This document shows positions 11,056 to 23,184 of a DNA stretch of 38,552 bases, piece after piece (position 1 is the stretch's first letter; every line of letters begins with the position of its first letter). Position numbers and translations under genes: made by a program. Source of the DNA: Folioceros fuciformis. Its lineage: Eukaryota. Below the pieces are notes generated by a model. The model worked only from the letters and a program-made list of their open reading frames with translations. It was not told the origin of the DNA and did not search any database. The stretch lies in contig JBNGIO010005937.1 in the NCBI GenBank assembly GCA_049999805.1, forward strand, positions 86,683 through 125,234. Reading direction: 5' to 3'.

Positions 11056-12468
11056 TCAATCCTCCTTCAGAGGCATTGCCTCCCTACGAACCCCCTTTGC
11101 ATTTACTATTACGATTTCAACCCCGTCGCCCTGAGAGCACAGACAAATAACAGGTCAATACAAAAAGACCCACAAGCAGGTATAGTGGCCCTCCAAGCAT
11201 TCATGTCATCAAAGACGAGACGTACAGTGTAGATGTCTCGCTCTGCAGCGGAAGCGAACGTATCCTTCACAAGATCTATAGCCTCCGACTCAGTGAGAGG
11301 AGTGGCAGACTCCTACAGACAAAAGTGGAACGACGTCAGTATGCGCAAAAACAAATTCCACACGCAGTACAACCAAGACAGAATTAAGCAGGTAGGATTC
11401 CGGGAAAGCAATACACGGTGTTACACCTTGGCAGGTAGCAACAATGGGCTGGCTGACTTCAGTTGATTATCCAGGACCGGCATGATAAGTTGCATGCCAC
11501 TTCCCTGTGAACTGTAACCAACTCGTTCATACGATCCCACAGCATCATACGAGTACACACATCCCTTGCCTGCACAGCCGCAGTTGCAGCTCAACACGTG
11601 AATTATGCGTCCCAACAGAGCAAAATGGCAACACAAGCGGCCTTCTCACACTTAAACATCAAAATTAGTAAGATGGAAAATCACGGCGAAAGAAACGTTA
11701 TGTCTCACTGCGTCAGATGCCTCTACACAAATTCAGCATACCTTCACTGTCTAAGCCGCCCAAAACGTTGAAAGCATAGTACGGGAAAAAACGCTTGTAG
11801 TAGAGCGTGTTAGACAACAGCTGTGCCATTGCAGGGCAGCTCATTTGCTTGTTATGCTGGTGCTGATAGATCTGCTCAGAACGCATAGTGTGTCATTTCC
11901 TGCAGCCAGGAACCCTACGAAAGCGATCTGTGCCGACAGAAGAATCAAATAAAATAAAAAAACTTTCATGACCAGTAAGTAACCTGATGACGAGCTTCCA
12001 AATTCTTTTGAAGAGCCTTGACATCTGCTTGAAACCCTGAAGATGCCAAGACACATTTCTCTGTGCTGCTCACAGTCCACACCAGAACGTACAATGAGGT
12101 CAGATAGCGCGAGACGAATAGCTGGCTAGGTCCAATTCGCATAGTAGCCCGCAACACGTACATCTGGTAGATTTTGGAGTAGTCACGCGTCAGAATACTG
12201 AAACCAGTGGACATCCGTGTGTCTGCGGCAATCACACAGTAATCTGCACCAGCTATTGCCACACAAGTCCTGTCACGAAAACCAGTTACACATGCTGTGT
12301 GTGAGTGGGTAGTTTGAAGTGCGTGGTCAGCCAATCCGCCAAGCCTAGTCTCTGAGATTGTCATCACCCTCCATTGTTATCATAGGGGCTCCACGAGGCG
12401 TGCTCTCGAGCTCCATGGGACGTTTCCGTGTCAGCGAAGTTCCCACGCGGGGCCAACAGCATCGCCAT
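11056..12468 (-). CDS. PBF1: 20S proteasome subunit beta type-1 (beta6), 7 exons: 12468-12368, 12269-12162, 12065-11984, 11871-11742, 11569-11427, 11312-11226, 11130-11056
   Basis: [62 protein letters not shown] and ERDIYT|GDG; GT-AG junctions in frame; start could be 12468 or 12462. Confidence 0.95.
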
Positions 12469-12787
12469 GGATACCAGAGTAACACACAGAGTCACTGCCT
12501 TCCGCTCCCGGTTAGGGCAAGTGACTCGGTAGTCGAAGAGGGAAAACGAGAGAGGTGGCACAAATTAGAACCCATGGATTATATTAGGAGGCCCTAAACT
12601 AGTGAAAACGTAGGAGTGAAGCCAGACGTGATTTGAACTCTTTCTGTGTGTCTACGCACTGCCTTCCTACTTGGTACTTTGTTGGTGTATATATGTGGCT
12701 CTGGTGTTCGATGATGATGCCGACTCATCATCAGTGCCTCCTGCTGCCCTGCTTACCTGGGTTCAGAGTTTGAGCAAGGTTTCATCC

Positions 12788-15161
12788 ATGGATGAAGGAC
12801 CATCATCGACGTTTCAAGTTGCGACGGACTCGGACGCGAATCTTCTCCAAGTTGTTGCGAGACTGTGGTTTGCAGGATTCGCTGATGCTCTGTCCTTTCG
12901 TCGGGCTGCGGCCTTCTGTTCCCGGTGAGTCACAGCTATCTTCTTGTTCTGTTTGTAGTTAATGTTAGCACAATTGCTAGGTGAAGCGACATAATGGGAG
13001 GCGCTCCTTGAGGCCAAGGCCTGGCTTTTGTCAAAGCAAACAAAGTTTAGCTTGTAATTGGATGAGCAAGTTGGCACCGTTTACAAAGGTTCGACAGGGG
13101 CTGCGCAGTAATTGATAGGGGGCAAGGTCTGGACGTAGAAGAAAGAGCGGTTTTCCACCTTAGCCGAGGCCTTCCTAATAATGATCCCAGTTGGATGTTG
13201 CGGACTGTGGGTGACGTTGGATCTCGTCACTGATCATTCCTTCTCTGTGTGCAGGTCTAGAGTCGTCTTTGTGAAAACATGCCAGTGTTTCCTTTTGAAT
13301 GGCTGCATCTTTCTGGGCAGGTGTGATTGGAACTCTGCTGTTACCAGTTTTCGTTGCAGGAGTTTGGGTGGTATATCTAGCGATAGTATGACTGCGTGTT
13401 CTCTGTCTCGTTTTGAACTTTGACTTGAATGGTTGCAGTATTTATTTTCTTCAGAGCGTGGTTATCCCAACCCTAGATTGGTTGCTGAGGCTTTCATCAC
13501 TAGGTGATGCCGCCCCAACAACATTCGGATTATTTTTGGATGTTCTCCGCCTTGTCCTCATTGGCCTTTGCTATGTAAGTGAAGTTTTTGCAGCTTGCGC
13601 TTGACTCTCCAATTTCCTTCGTATGTCAAGTTGCCATCATGGGATGGATGACAATTGGTCTGTGGATGTCTCAGGTGTTCTGGCTGTATCCTCTGTACAT
13701 AATCAGCTTTGTAATAAACTGTATATGGTATGCCTGCATCATACAGCTTCACAGCAGATTCACGTGCTCAGTGGCTCTGGAGTTGTTGTAAACCCAATGT
13801 TCTGGATTTGTGGACTGATTTTGTCAGACAAGTGGATGTGGGCAGGTATAACGAGATTGCCCGACATGCTTTTGAGGTGATAGAGCAAAATGGAGCACCG
13901 AAATTATCTGATTCTTCACCGCAAGCGTCCTTAAAGTCCAGCAAGGGCACGCTGGCCCGAAATCAAGGTGACCTTGGCAGCTTTGCTCGGTAAGTGATCA
14001 ACTTGATATTTTTGTGGTTTTATATAGTGTCTATGTCCCTGCACTGAGAGTTCTCAAGTTGCTCGGATTAGATCTAAGAAAACCAGGGGTTACGGAGTTC
14101 GGGTCTATCTTCTTACGCTTGATGAAATGTGCGTGAAGGATTATGCTTGGAATTAGTGAGCAGATTTATTCCATTATAATGGTCAGCACTTTCTTCGTTG
14201 AGGTACCATATGCTGCTTTCTTCTCTGAGCTGAGCGGTTGGGCAAGAGGTTCAAGCAGTTTTAAGATTGCCAACAAGTCGTTTCTGGTTGTCAGGTATTC
14301 GTGGTGAACTATATACCATACGTTGGAAGACCTCTTTACTTTGTGCTCCTTTCATGGTTGTACGCGTACTACTGCTTTGAGTAAGTTGTGAGCCCCTTTG
14401 AACATTTGAGTCGCGGGACTTTCGTCTCCCTTGAACAGTTGTGGTAGTCAGCATCAGAGTCTTCTAAAGCTGAAATTTGATCTTATTTACGTGGCGTGAA
14501 TGGCAGTTACAAATGGGGCTTTGCAAGATGGAGTCTAGAGAAGCGTCTAGCTTTCTTCGAATCCAATTGGGCTTTCTTCGCGGGGTTCGGTGAGCAGCTG
14601 CTACGTGCTGTGGCCTACCGATTTGTGTTGCACATCACGAAGCAGACTGACGAGTGTTTGCTTTCTTGTTTCAGGCAGTCCTTGCGTACTGGCAACGTCC
14701 TTCTTCTCACCATTTGTGGGAGCAGGAGTGATGGCTGTCCTTTTCCCCCTAGTGAGTTTTACAAGACAAGCATAAGAGTTGGCGCTGTCATGTCGTTTGA
14801 TTGGGAATGGCTTTGTTGTTGTGTTTTGTTCTCTTAAGTGGTATGTGGGCTAATTTTGTGCTCGTGGCCGCAGTTTGTTCTAATAGCAACCGCATCCGAC
14901 CCAGAAGAGTTGGTGCGCCGTGTTCCAGGGAACCAGCGCTTGCCCAGACTCGAGATCTTCCTCCTAGCGAACTATGTCACGTGAGTACGAAGCGTCGTGT
15001 GTGCGGTTTTACGTCTGTGTGCACAGGAGGTGTAGATGACCGTTCTTGCTGTAATCTGCAGGCTGCCTATCCTGCGACTCTTTCAGCCATCATCCCGTAC
15101 TTCACAGCGCCAGGCGCAGGAGAGGCAAAAGCGAAGTCACGGCATGGGATTACATCAGTGA
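12788..15161 (+). CDS. EI24: EI24 (etoposide-induced 2.4)-like multi-pass membrane protein, ~11 exons
   Basis: Exons encode LWFAGFADALSFRR, KTCQCFLLNGCIFLG, FWLYPLYIISF..W|YNEIA, SWLYAYYCFE|YKW..RLAFFESNWAFFAGFG|SPCVLA; stop at 15159-15161. Confidence 0.88.
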
Positions 15162-16063
15162 CGCTCCGATTTGCGGACAAGCTTCGGGTGACATTAAGTC
15201 GTCGGAGCGCGCGCCTCGTGAAGTCTGTACATAATGTAACATAATGAGGTTCTACACAACTTCAAGGTTATATGTGGAAACTCGGGTGACACGAGGGTAA
15301 GACACCTTGTGAGAAATGTAGAGACTGAAATCCCATCCACACCGTGGTGGCGAGAATAATCCAAATGAAGGGCCCCAGACGGGGGGGTGGGGGAACAAGG
15401 AGGTCTCGATGGCTTGAGGGGAAGCTGTTTCGGCCTAACTCCTAGGCGTCAGCGAGTAACAGAGACCCCTGAGTGACTCGCGTCTGGGGTGTCTTACCAA
15501 AAACTGAAGGACGCGCGTCAAAACAATGGTGGGAAACGCACAAGGCTCGTTCTCCATTAATTGAAAGCCAATTCGCTGAGAGATCCGTGTAAGATTCGTA
15601 TCGAAGATCGTGTGCCGCGCTACGACGTCAACATGAGCAGCTATGGTACCATAGACGGAATGGGCGGACTCATCGTTACGATCGGCGGGGATGCGTTCCG
15701 CTGTCGTTCTAAACTATGTAGGTAAGGTAGCTTCTGCCAAGGGCCTTTGGAGACTAACGATATAATCTAAAAAGTTGTCTGTTAAGAATTGACGGATACG
15801 ATTAGTTGTAACGGGCTACGAAGCCATCCAAGCAATAAGGTGTGTCTGTCCTCGTCTGGTGTCCCGTGTCCCGGGTCCCGTGCATTGGGTCCCAAGCTAC
15901 ACTATGTGGCCCGTGTGTGGAGTGATGGAAGGTGTTGATTTTGTGAGCTTGGGACGCGCCGGAGGTTTGGAGCTTCCAGGATTGCAGTTGATCGGATAGA
16001 GACTATGTGCCCTCTCCAAGTGGATTAAGTCGGCTTACCTTGGGAGAAACTGAATGAGGTGGT

Positions 16064-18360
16064 ATGGGGCTCGGTGCGCAAGAGACAGCTTCCTCAGTTC
16101 CGATTACTGGGCGATGGCCCTGCCTGGCTTCACGCCCGCTGATTATCCTAGTGGGATGGATTCTTCTGCTCCACGCTCATCGTGGGATAGTGATGGGAGT
16201 GCCGAGCACCCTTGATGGGCCTTTCCCTCCTGTCACTGTTCCGTTTGACAGCTCCCTCCGTCAGGGGAGCGATGATCTGCCGGTTTATGATCCCCGGGTG
16301 GTGAAGAAGGTGCCTTCGATTTTCCCTGAGCAGATTGCTCTGGCCCTGTCTACCACGCCGGATGCTATGTGGGTGTCATGGATTACAGGTTTGCAGCGAG
16401 ATAATTTCGTCCTGCACGCACGCTGTGAGTTCTCCTTTGGACTGAGTTGGATGCCCGTTTGCAGGTGACGCGCAAATTGGACCCCGAGTGACCCCCTTAG
16501 ACCCGTCCACCTTGGCGAGCGAGGTGCAGTACGGTACAGACAGCAATAATCTGTCTTTTCGTGCTCAAGGCAGCAGTGAAGTGTATAGTCAGATATATCC
16601 TTACGGAGGCCTTCTCAACTATACCTCTGGGATTATCCATCATGTCAAACTAACTGGTGAGCTGCCTGGGGGTTCTTCGTCCTTGACTCTGTTTTGTAGG
16701 TTGGCAATTGTGGATTGAAGAAATGACTGCTGGGTTGCAGGTCTTCTTCCGTCCACCAAGTACTTTTATGTTTGTGGTGACAGCACCCTCAGAGCTATGA
16801 GTTCTGTTTTGTCTTTCACAACCATGCCAAGTCCTGGTGGGCAGGAGTACCCAGCTCGCATTGGCGTGATAGGAGACTTGGGCCTCACCTATAACTCATC
16901 TAGCACAATAGATCACCTCCAACGCAACAATCCAACTCTACTTTTACTGGCTGGGGACTTGTCGTACGCCAACCAGTATGAAACTTTGGGGACCACGGCA
17001 GCTTCTTGTTACAGTTGCTCCTTTCCGAATGCGCCAACTCGAGAGACCTATCAACCCCACTGGGATGCGTGGGGAAGGTACGTCTTCTACTCGTCGAACC
17101 CACCTCCATGGGCATGTGTCTGAGCAGGTGTGCAAGCAGAGTGTCGTGTGATGAGCAAGGACTCTTCAGTGGAGGGGGCAGCTAAGCCTCGAAGATGTCA
17201 CCACGCCTGATTCTTGCAGGTTCATGGAGCCCATCACCTCTACCATCCCAATGATGGTTATAGAGGGGAATCATGAAGATGAACCCCAAGCAGATAATGC
17301 CACATTTGTGGCTTACGAGGCACGCTTTGCAGTGCCCTCTGTCGAAAGTGGATCAAACAGTTCTCTCTATTATTCATTCAATGCAGGTGGCATTCACTTT
17401 GTCATGATTGGAGCTTATACAGACTACTCTCGCAATGGTGGGTAAATGACAGTCTATCTATACGTGCTGATGGAATGTGGTCACCTTCACTGAGATGTCT
17501 GACAAGAAACCACGCCACAAAACCTTCTGCCCATCCCAGGTCTAAGTATGCCGCTTTGTTCGAACAGGAGCTCAATATCTGTGGTTGGAGCAGGACCTGG
17601 CAGGCTTCAGCAGAAGTGAAACTCCGTGGCTAGTGGCTGTGTGGCATCCTCCCTGGTACAACAGCTACAGTTCCCATTACCGGGAAGTGGAGTGTATGCG
17701 ACTGCAAATGGAAGATCTGCTTTACCATTATCGTGTGGACATCGTCTTTTCAGGACATGTAAGTCCGCTCCAGTTGGACTTTTTCCAGCAGTTGATTTGT
17801 TGCAGTGGTCAGGCAGTCATCACTCAACGCTTGTGTGACCAAGCAGGTGCATGCATATGAGAGGACGAACAGAGTCTACGACTACACACTTGATCCTTGT
17901 GGCCCTGTGTATATCACTGTTGGGGATGGAGGAAACGTAGAAAGGGTTTCGATCCAACATGCTGATGACGTTGGAGGCTGTCCTAGGCGCAAAGATACCG
18001 TTCCTGACCATGGGCCAATTTGTTCTACCAACTTCACTAGTGGGCCTGCTAAGGGGCAGTTCTGCTGGAACCGCCAGCCTGAATGGAGTGCATTTCGAGA
18101 CAGTAGCTTCGGCCATGGAATTTTGGAGGTGACCTCCCGTTCATCCACTCCGGCTATCGTCACCGCATATTAGTTACTCATCGTGCTCTCACCTGATGCA
18201 GGTTATCAACTCCACGCATGCTCTGTGGACATGGCACCGCAATCAGGATGCCTACGGGGAAGCAGCGTTTGGTGATCAAATTTTCATTGTCCGCGGCCCT
18301 GATGTCTGTTCTGACAGTCCCGTGTTTAGAAGGCGTTTTGGAGAAGATCATCAGGCTTAG
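16064..18360 (+). CDS. PAP: Purple acid phosphatase, PAP15/PAP23 (phytase-type) clade, 7 exons
   Basis: Signal-like N-terminus, PSTLDGPFPPVTVPFD, metal-ligand motifs GDLG, GDLSY, GNHE, VWHPPWY and GH|VHAYER, and WTWHRNQD in the last exon. Confidence 0.95.
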
Positions 18361-18462
18361 ACTCCCTTGATTCTTGAATGGACAGTTCAGATTCTAAATC
18401 TAATTTGCCGGTGAGATACCATTTGATTGAGATACAGTGGTCGTATTCTGAGAAATAATGAA

Positions 18463-20403
18463 TCACTTCCCTGAATTCTTCTTACGTGCCTTTGCGAAGT
18501 CGACTTCGGTCACGTTCGCTACCTTCCCTTTTGCCGGAGAGCGGGTCTCTTGTTCCCTTTTATTTGTACTCCCATGCACCACCGATGTCTGCTTCTTTTC
18601 TTGCCTGGCCCTCCTTCTGGCCCTTGCTCCCTTATGTTTGTTAGTTTGTGTATCAGGACTCTTAGTTGGCAGCTCGGCAGCCTCATCTCCCGATGAGATA
18701 TCCAACCCTTCTACATTCAAAGCATTGCCCCTGTCACTGGCCACATCGTCCTTAGAACTGATTTCTTCGTCCTCGGCCACGGAGACAGCTCTCCGAGATC
18801 TCATAGAGTTGAGCATGGCTGACATCATCCCATCCTCCTCATCCTCTGTGGGTTCGACAGTGCTTCTGGCAACTTTACCATTGCCACTCGCATAATCCTC
18901 CTTCGCAGCTCCGTTCGCAGTTCCTTCGCTACTGCTAGGAACTGTCTCCCCATCCTCATCGTCATTAGTCGAGTTCCTTCCTGTAGACGGCTGTGAACGC
19001 CTTCTCGTGAGCATCTCTCTAAGTACGCTTGCTTCATCCTCCTCTTGCAAGTCATCCTCCTCTTGCAGTTCATCCTCCTCCAAGTCATCGTCCTCTTGCA
19101 AGTCATCTTCCTCTTGCGAGTCATCCTCCTCTTGCAATTCGTCCTGCTCTCGTAAGAATCCATTCTCTTGCAATGCGTCATCCTCCCGCAATCCATCATC
19201 CTGGGCCTGCATCACCGGTTCAACCTCAGAACCATCGTCCTGGGACAAGGCAGACGTGTCCAGTTCCTTTGCCAGGAATTCCTCCACGAGCTCATCTTCA
19301 AGTTGAAACTTGTCCCTGAGTGCCTCTACCCTGGCTATATGCTTCTTCGACTTTTCATGATTTTTCCATTGCTTGTCAGACCTAAATCTTTTGTGGCAAA
19401 CAATGCAGAACAGCTCTTCCAGCTCTTGTTGGCTTGCCACCTGCACCTCCTTCCTCCTCCTGCCCGAGCTATCCCACGCGTAACTCCCTTGATTCTCATC
19501 AATAACCTCCTCGTCATCAGGACCCGTTCCTGTCCCATCCTGGACAGGCTTTGTCCACTCCTCCTCCTCGTACAGCAGGAGCTTAGCACGCTTTTCCTCC
19601 TCCAGCCGCTGTTTTCTGAGCTTCAGCATCTCCTGCCTTTCCTTCTCCAGCCGCTGCTGCTCCAGCTGCCATTCCAACACCCGTTTGTCCCGTTTCTTCA
19701 CATACGAGGCGAGCTGGCGCACAGTATCGTTGAATTCCCTGCGTGCCACCTTCCGGATCTTGAGATTCTCCTCCTCCATAAGCCGCCGAGTCTTCCGGTT
19801 CGGCGCCGACGACGGCCTGTACTCATCACACCACGAAAAATCCTTGACTGTGCTAAACCCTTGCCAGCGCCTGTAAAATGCCAGCACCATGGCGTGCGGG
19901 GTGGCCGAGCATCCGAACCGTGGAGGATCCTGAGGCACCGTCCCGCCATACGCCTTCGCGAAAGCAACTTCCTGCTGGTGCAGCTTCTGAAACAGCTGGT
20001 CATACACGGCATAGAAACCCTTGCCGGAATCCCCGAACCCGGAGTAGGCGGAGGGAGAGAAGTAGGAGAACAGATCGGTGTCGTACTCATGTCCGGCCGG
20101 CGATGATGACGAGGACGTGGCTGAGCGGTTGCTAGAGGAGGACAGGATTGCTCCCCTGTGAGAGTCATACCAGGCACGCTCTTGAGGGTCGGACAATACC
20201 TCGTAAGCGTGAGAGATGGCCTGGAATCGGATGGTGGCCTCCTTGCATTCCTCCGGAGACGCCCCGCTCTGCTGGATCTTGTCGGGGTGCCATTTGAGGG
20301 CCTGTTTTCTGTACAAAATCCGTATCTCCTCGGAACTGGCAGTTCGCTCAGCCCCCAGCGTCTCATACAGGCACACTGCGGGCAGCTCCGAGAGGTCGGC
20401 CAT
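18463..20403 (-). CDS. JJJ1: DnaJ protein JJJ1/DNAJC21 homolog (J domain, zuotin-like region, C2H2 finger), single exon
   Basis: HPD J-domain, YEVLSDPQERAWYDSHR, RRLMEEENLK..REFNDTVRQL..KRDKR, CIVCHKRFRSDKQWKNHEKSKKH. Confidence 0.93.
   Translation of the reverse strand: MADLSELPAVCLYETLGAERTASSEEIRILYRKQALKWHPDKIQQSGASPEECKEATIRFQAISHAYEVLSDPQERAWYDSHRGAILSSSSNRSATSSSSSPAGHEYDTDLFSYFSPSAYSGFGDSGKGFYAVYDQLFQKLHQQEVAFAKAYGGTVPQDPPRFGCSATPHAMVLAFYRRWQGFSTVKDFSWCDEYRPSSAPNRKTRRLMEEENLKIRKVARREFNDTVRQLASYVKKRDKRVLEWQLEQQRLEKERQEMLKLRKQRLEEEKRAKLLLYEEEEWTKPVQDGTGTGPDDEEVIDENQGSYAWDSSGRRRKEVQVASQQELEELFCIVCHKRFRSDKQWKNHEKSKKHIARVEALRDKFQLEDELVEEFLAKELDTSALSQDDGSEVEPVMQAQDDGLREDDALQENGFLREQDELQEEDDSQEEDDLQEDDDLEEDELQEEDDLQEEDEASVLREMLTRRRSQPSTGRNSTNDDEDGETVPSSSEGTANGAAKEDYASGNGKVARSTVEPTEDEEDGMMSAMLNSMRSRRAVSVAEDEEISSKDDVASDRGNALNVEGLDISSGDEAAELPTKSPDTQTNKHKGARARRRARQEKKQTSVVHGSTNKREQETRSPAKGKVANVTEVDFAKARKKNSGK
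19033..19200. repeat. Degenerate 18-bp in-frame coding tandem repeat (LQEEDD)n within JJJ1
   Basis: tcatcctcctcttgcaag-like units repeated about 8-9 times. Confidence 0.85.
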
Positions 20404-20920
20404 GTATGTTCCGGAGCAAGCGGCAACGTCGCCGCCTCCGCGGATCGCCTCACCCCCACAATTGGATTGGTTGCACTCCGATTCCCGGGGCAGCTACAAC
20501 CATCCAACAAGATTCAACTTGTGTGTAGATGCGTTCTACTTATAGATCCAATTGCGTGAGCCTTCGTTCGCCTCTCGATCCCCCTTGAATTAGGGTTGGG
20601 AAAGGGATTCCACCGACTGATTATGATTTAGATACATACATGTACGAGTGTTAAAGCCTAAGCGGTACAGCAAAGTACAATGCGGGGCCGAGCCGTCTTA
20701 ACATCTCTCGGTTTCAGACGCCCCAGCTTGGAGGCGCCAGGTCCAAGCCTCCGAATCCCGACAAGCCGCCGATTAAACTGGCCCAAGAGATACAGACCCT
20801 GCATAATTGGCAACGCAGCACAAGAAGAAAGCATTTGAATGCATGAGGTATTGCAAACATTTGTTGGCGTGACGAAGATTCCATGCACGATATTCAAAGG
20901 CTCGTCTGCGCAGAGTGTGC

Positions 20921-22155
20921 CTACCTGGAAGCGGATGTGGATGAGACTGTGCGGCAGGAGGTGAAGGAGGAATCCTGGAGCAAAGCAGGGTCGCAAGCAG
21001 CCGCCTTAGAAGCTATGTAGAGCGGGGAATCCAAAGGGGACGCTGGCGGAGTCTGATCTGCTCTTGATCTTTCTCTCGAGATGAAGGAGTCGAAGGAGAA
21101 GGCAGTGTGCACGAGCGGCTTGGTGCACGCTGATGCCTCGCAGATCTTGATGAGCTCCGGCTTCCACCTGCTTCGCATACATTGCGACGGACAGTAGCGA
21201 CCGTTGCCGATGCCGCGAGCAACTTTCTTGCAAGTCAAATCCGGCTGTGGCGAGGCAGCTTCAGCGCCGGTGAGCAGCTCTGAAAGGATTGCAACCTGCA
21301 ACGCTAGATCCGCCACATCCGCATTCCCCTGCTCCCTGCGTTCGAAAGAAGAGGAGCGGAAGCTGTCAAGAGCATAGGAGCCGCTTCTTCTCCTGGAAAG
21401 CGAGCCAGAGCTGGATCTTGATATTGCACCTGATCTGGAGGGGGACAGACCTGGCATACAGGACAGAAGAGGCCGTTGTGAGATGACCTGCTGTAAGAGT
21501 GCTAGCACAAACATGGTGGCGGGAGGGGGGAACACAGACCTTCCAGGAGGGAAGTTGCCAGGTAAGGCCGAGGAGGCTGAAGCTGTTGCGCTGCCGCCCC
21601 CGCCGCGCAGCAGCAAGAATAGTCAGAGTCGGAGGCTGAAGCGAAGGCAGGACTGGTGGAAAATCCCGGAGGAGTCTTGTGCAGCAGCGTGGGCAGCGGG
21701 GAGAGAAAGTAGACGCAGCCGGTGTAGAGCAGAGCATCTGGAGGCAGCATAGGGCCTTTGTGCAGGCTGGTGGAAGAGCGGGCTACGTCAGCCGAGGAGG
21801 CCCCGTCTGAGGTGCCAGAGGATTCCGCCTCGGACGAGCAGGAAGAGAATATCCCGGACAAGCTCGCTGCTCCCTGAGACACCGTCTCGCAGACGTAGTG
21901 GTGCGGGACGCTGAGCTCCTGCAGCAGCTCGGCCACCGTGAGCTCGTCCCAGAAGTAGAGCACCTGCAGCGTGTCCATCCTCACCACTCGAACACATCCC
22001 TGGCGCTGCTGCTGCTCCCGTTCCCGCAGCTGCGAGCAGAAGAGGTCAGCACCGCACCTGTCCCCGAAGCGAAAGCTCCGGCTCAGGCTCCTGGACCTTA
22101 GCAGCTTCCGCACCTTCCCTTGCAAGCCTGACGCGGCGGGGAAACAGCTGCTCAT
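20921..22155 (-). CDS. PADRE/DUF4228-domain protein, spliced; the 5' end may extend into the N gap
   Basis: VRVVRMD..LTVAELLQE..PHHYVC and LPPDALLYTGCVYFL match the DUF4228 pattern; GT-AG introns near 21540-21489 and 21449-21393 join it to an ORF carrying the C-terminal WKPELIKICE motif; exon limits are approximate. Confidence 0.65.
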
Positions 22156-22206
22156 TGCGGCACGGAAGGCGGGAGACCAGCCTCCACTACCCCCGTCAGA
22201 CGAGGA

Positions 22207-22306
22207 NNNNNNNNNNNNNNNNNNNNNNNNNNNNNNNNNNNNNNNNNNNNNNNNNNNNNNNNNNNNNNNNNNNNNNNNNNNNNNNNNNNNNNNNNNNNNN
22301 NNNNNN
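22207..22306. other. Assembly gap (100 N)
   Basis: Run of N. Confidence 1.
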
Positions 22307-23184
22307 GGACGACGGACGGCGTAGAGCGGGTGGCCAAGGGGGGAAGGGCGGGGCGGAAGTGCGAATGAAACAGGAACAAGATTTCGGAGATATGGGACAC
22401 AGCCTGTGCTCGGTAAAACGTTAAGTGTCAGCGTTGCTTTGTTTGATTGCAGGGGCCGAATGAAGGCCCGGTTCATCGATTTTCGCTCCTGGCAGTTGGC
22501 TCATGTCGTGAAAGGGTGGCCTGGCCAGTGGACAGGTGTTATGCGGGCACGAATCCTGGACTTTGAGGCCTGGGCTGGCTACACATGCAACTTCATCATG
22601 CAGTGCCTCGCGGTCGTGGCATCCGCGTAAGCCTGCCATTATTTATCGTATGCTCTAAGTAGCAGCCGCCTTTCGTACGGGATATACGGGTGGTTTGCAG
22701 CAGGCACGCAAAGGCGCGATAAAAAGGAGGAGGAAGGAAAAGGCTGAGAGGGAAGGGGAGCACAAGGCGGGGCTGGTGGCCCCAAGCCACAACAGGCCAG
22801 GCTCCCAGCACGGTTGCAACCCAACAATCACCCAGCTCATGGAGTCCTCAAGACCCAATACTTTTAAAACTGAGAGTCTGGTGCCATGTCATGTAGCGTG
22901 AATAAAGCACAGCAGCACGCGGTCCAACGACGCAGGCAAGGCCAAACTTCTTTTGGCAGTCCCTCGACAGATCTGGCAGTGACTGGCTCCCAACAACATT
23001 ATACCTGCGTCCCATTCTGGCGAGAACTACAGTGTTGACCACTTGCACCCGGGAGACGGGTGCAAGTGACGTGTCTCGCCACAACAGTCCATGACGCACA
23101 ATCTGAAACACGACAACACTCAAGCCACTAGCGGCATTCCGCCGCCGCTGACTAACCTACCATTTGTCGACCAACCTCATCTGT

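Noticed and set aside
19168-20106. 312-aa plus-strand ORF and other shadow ORFs opposite real genes
   Set aside because: Antisense shadows of GC-rich coding sequence with no recognisable motifs
2479-20403. Apparent translation-related cluster (RPL24, DPH7, JJJ1)
   Set aside because: The genes are separated by unrelated ones; such neighbours are expected by chance in a gene-dense genome, and there is no synteny evidence
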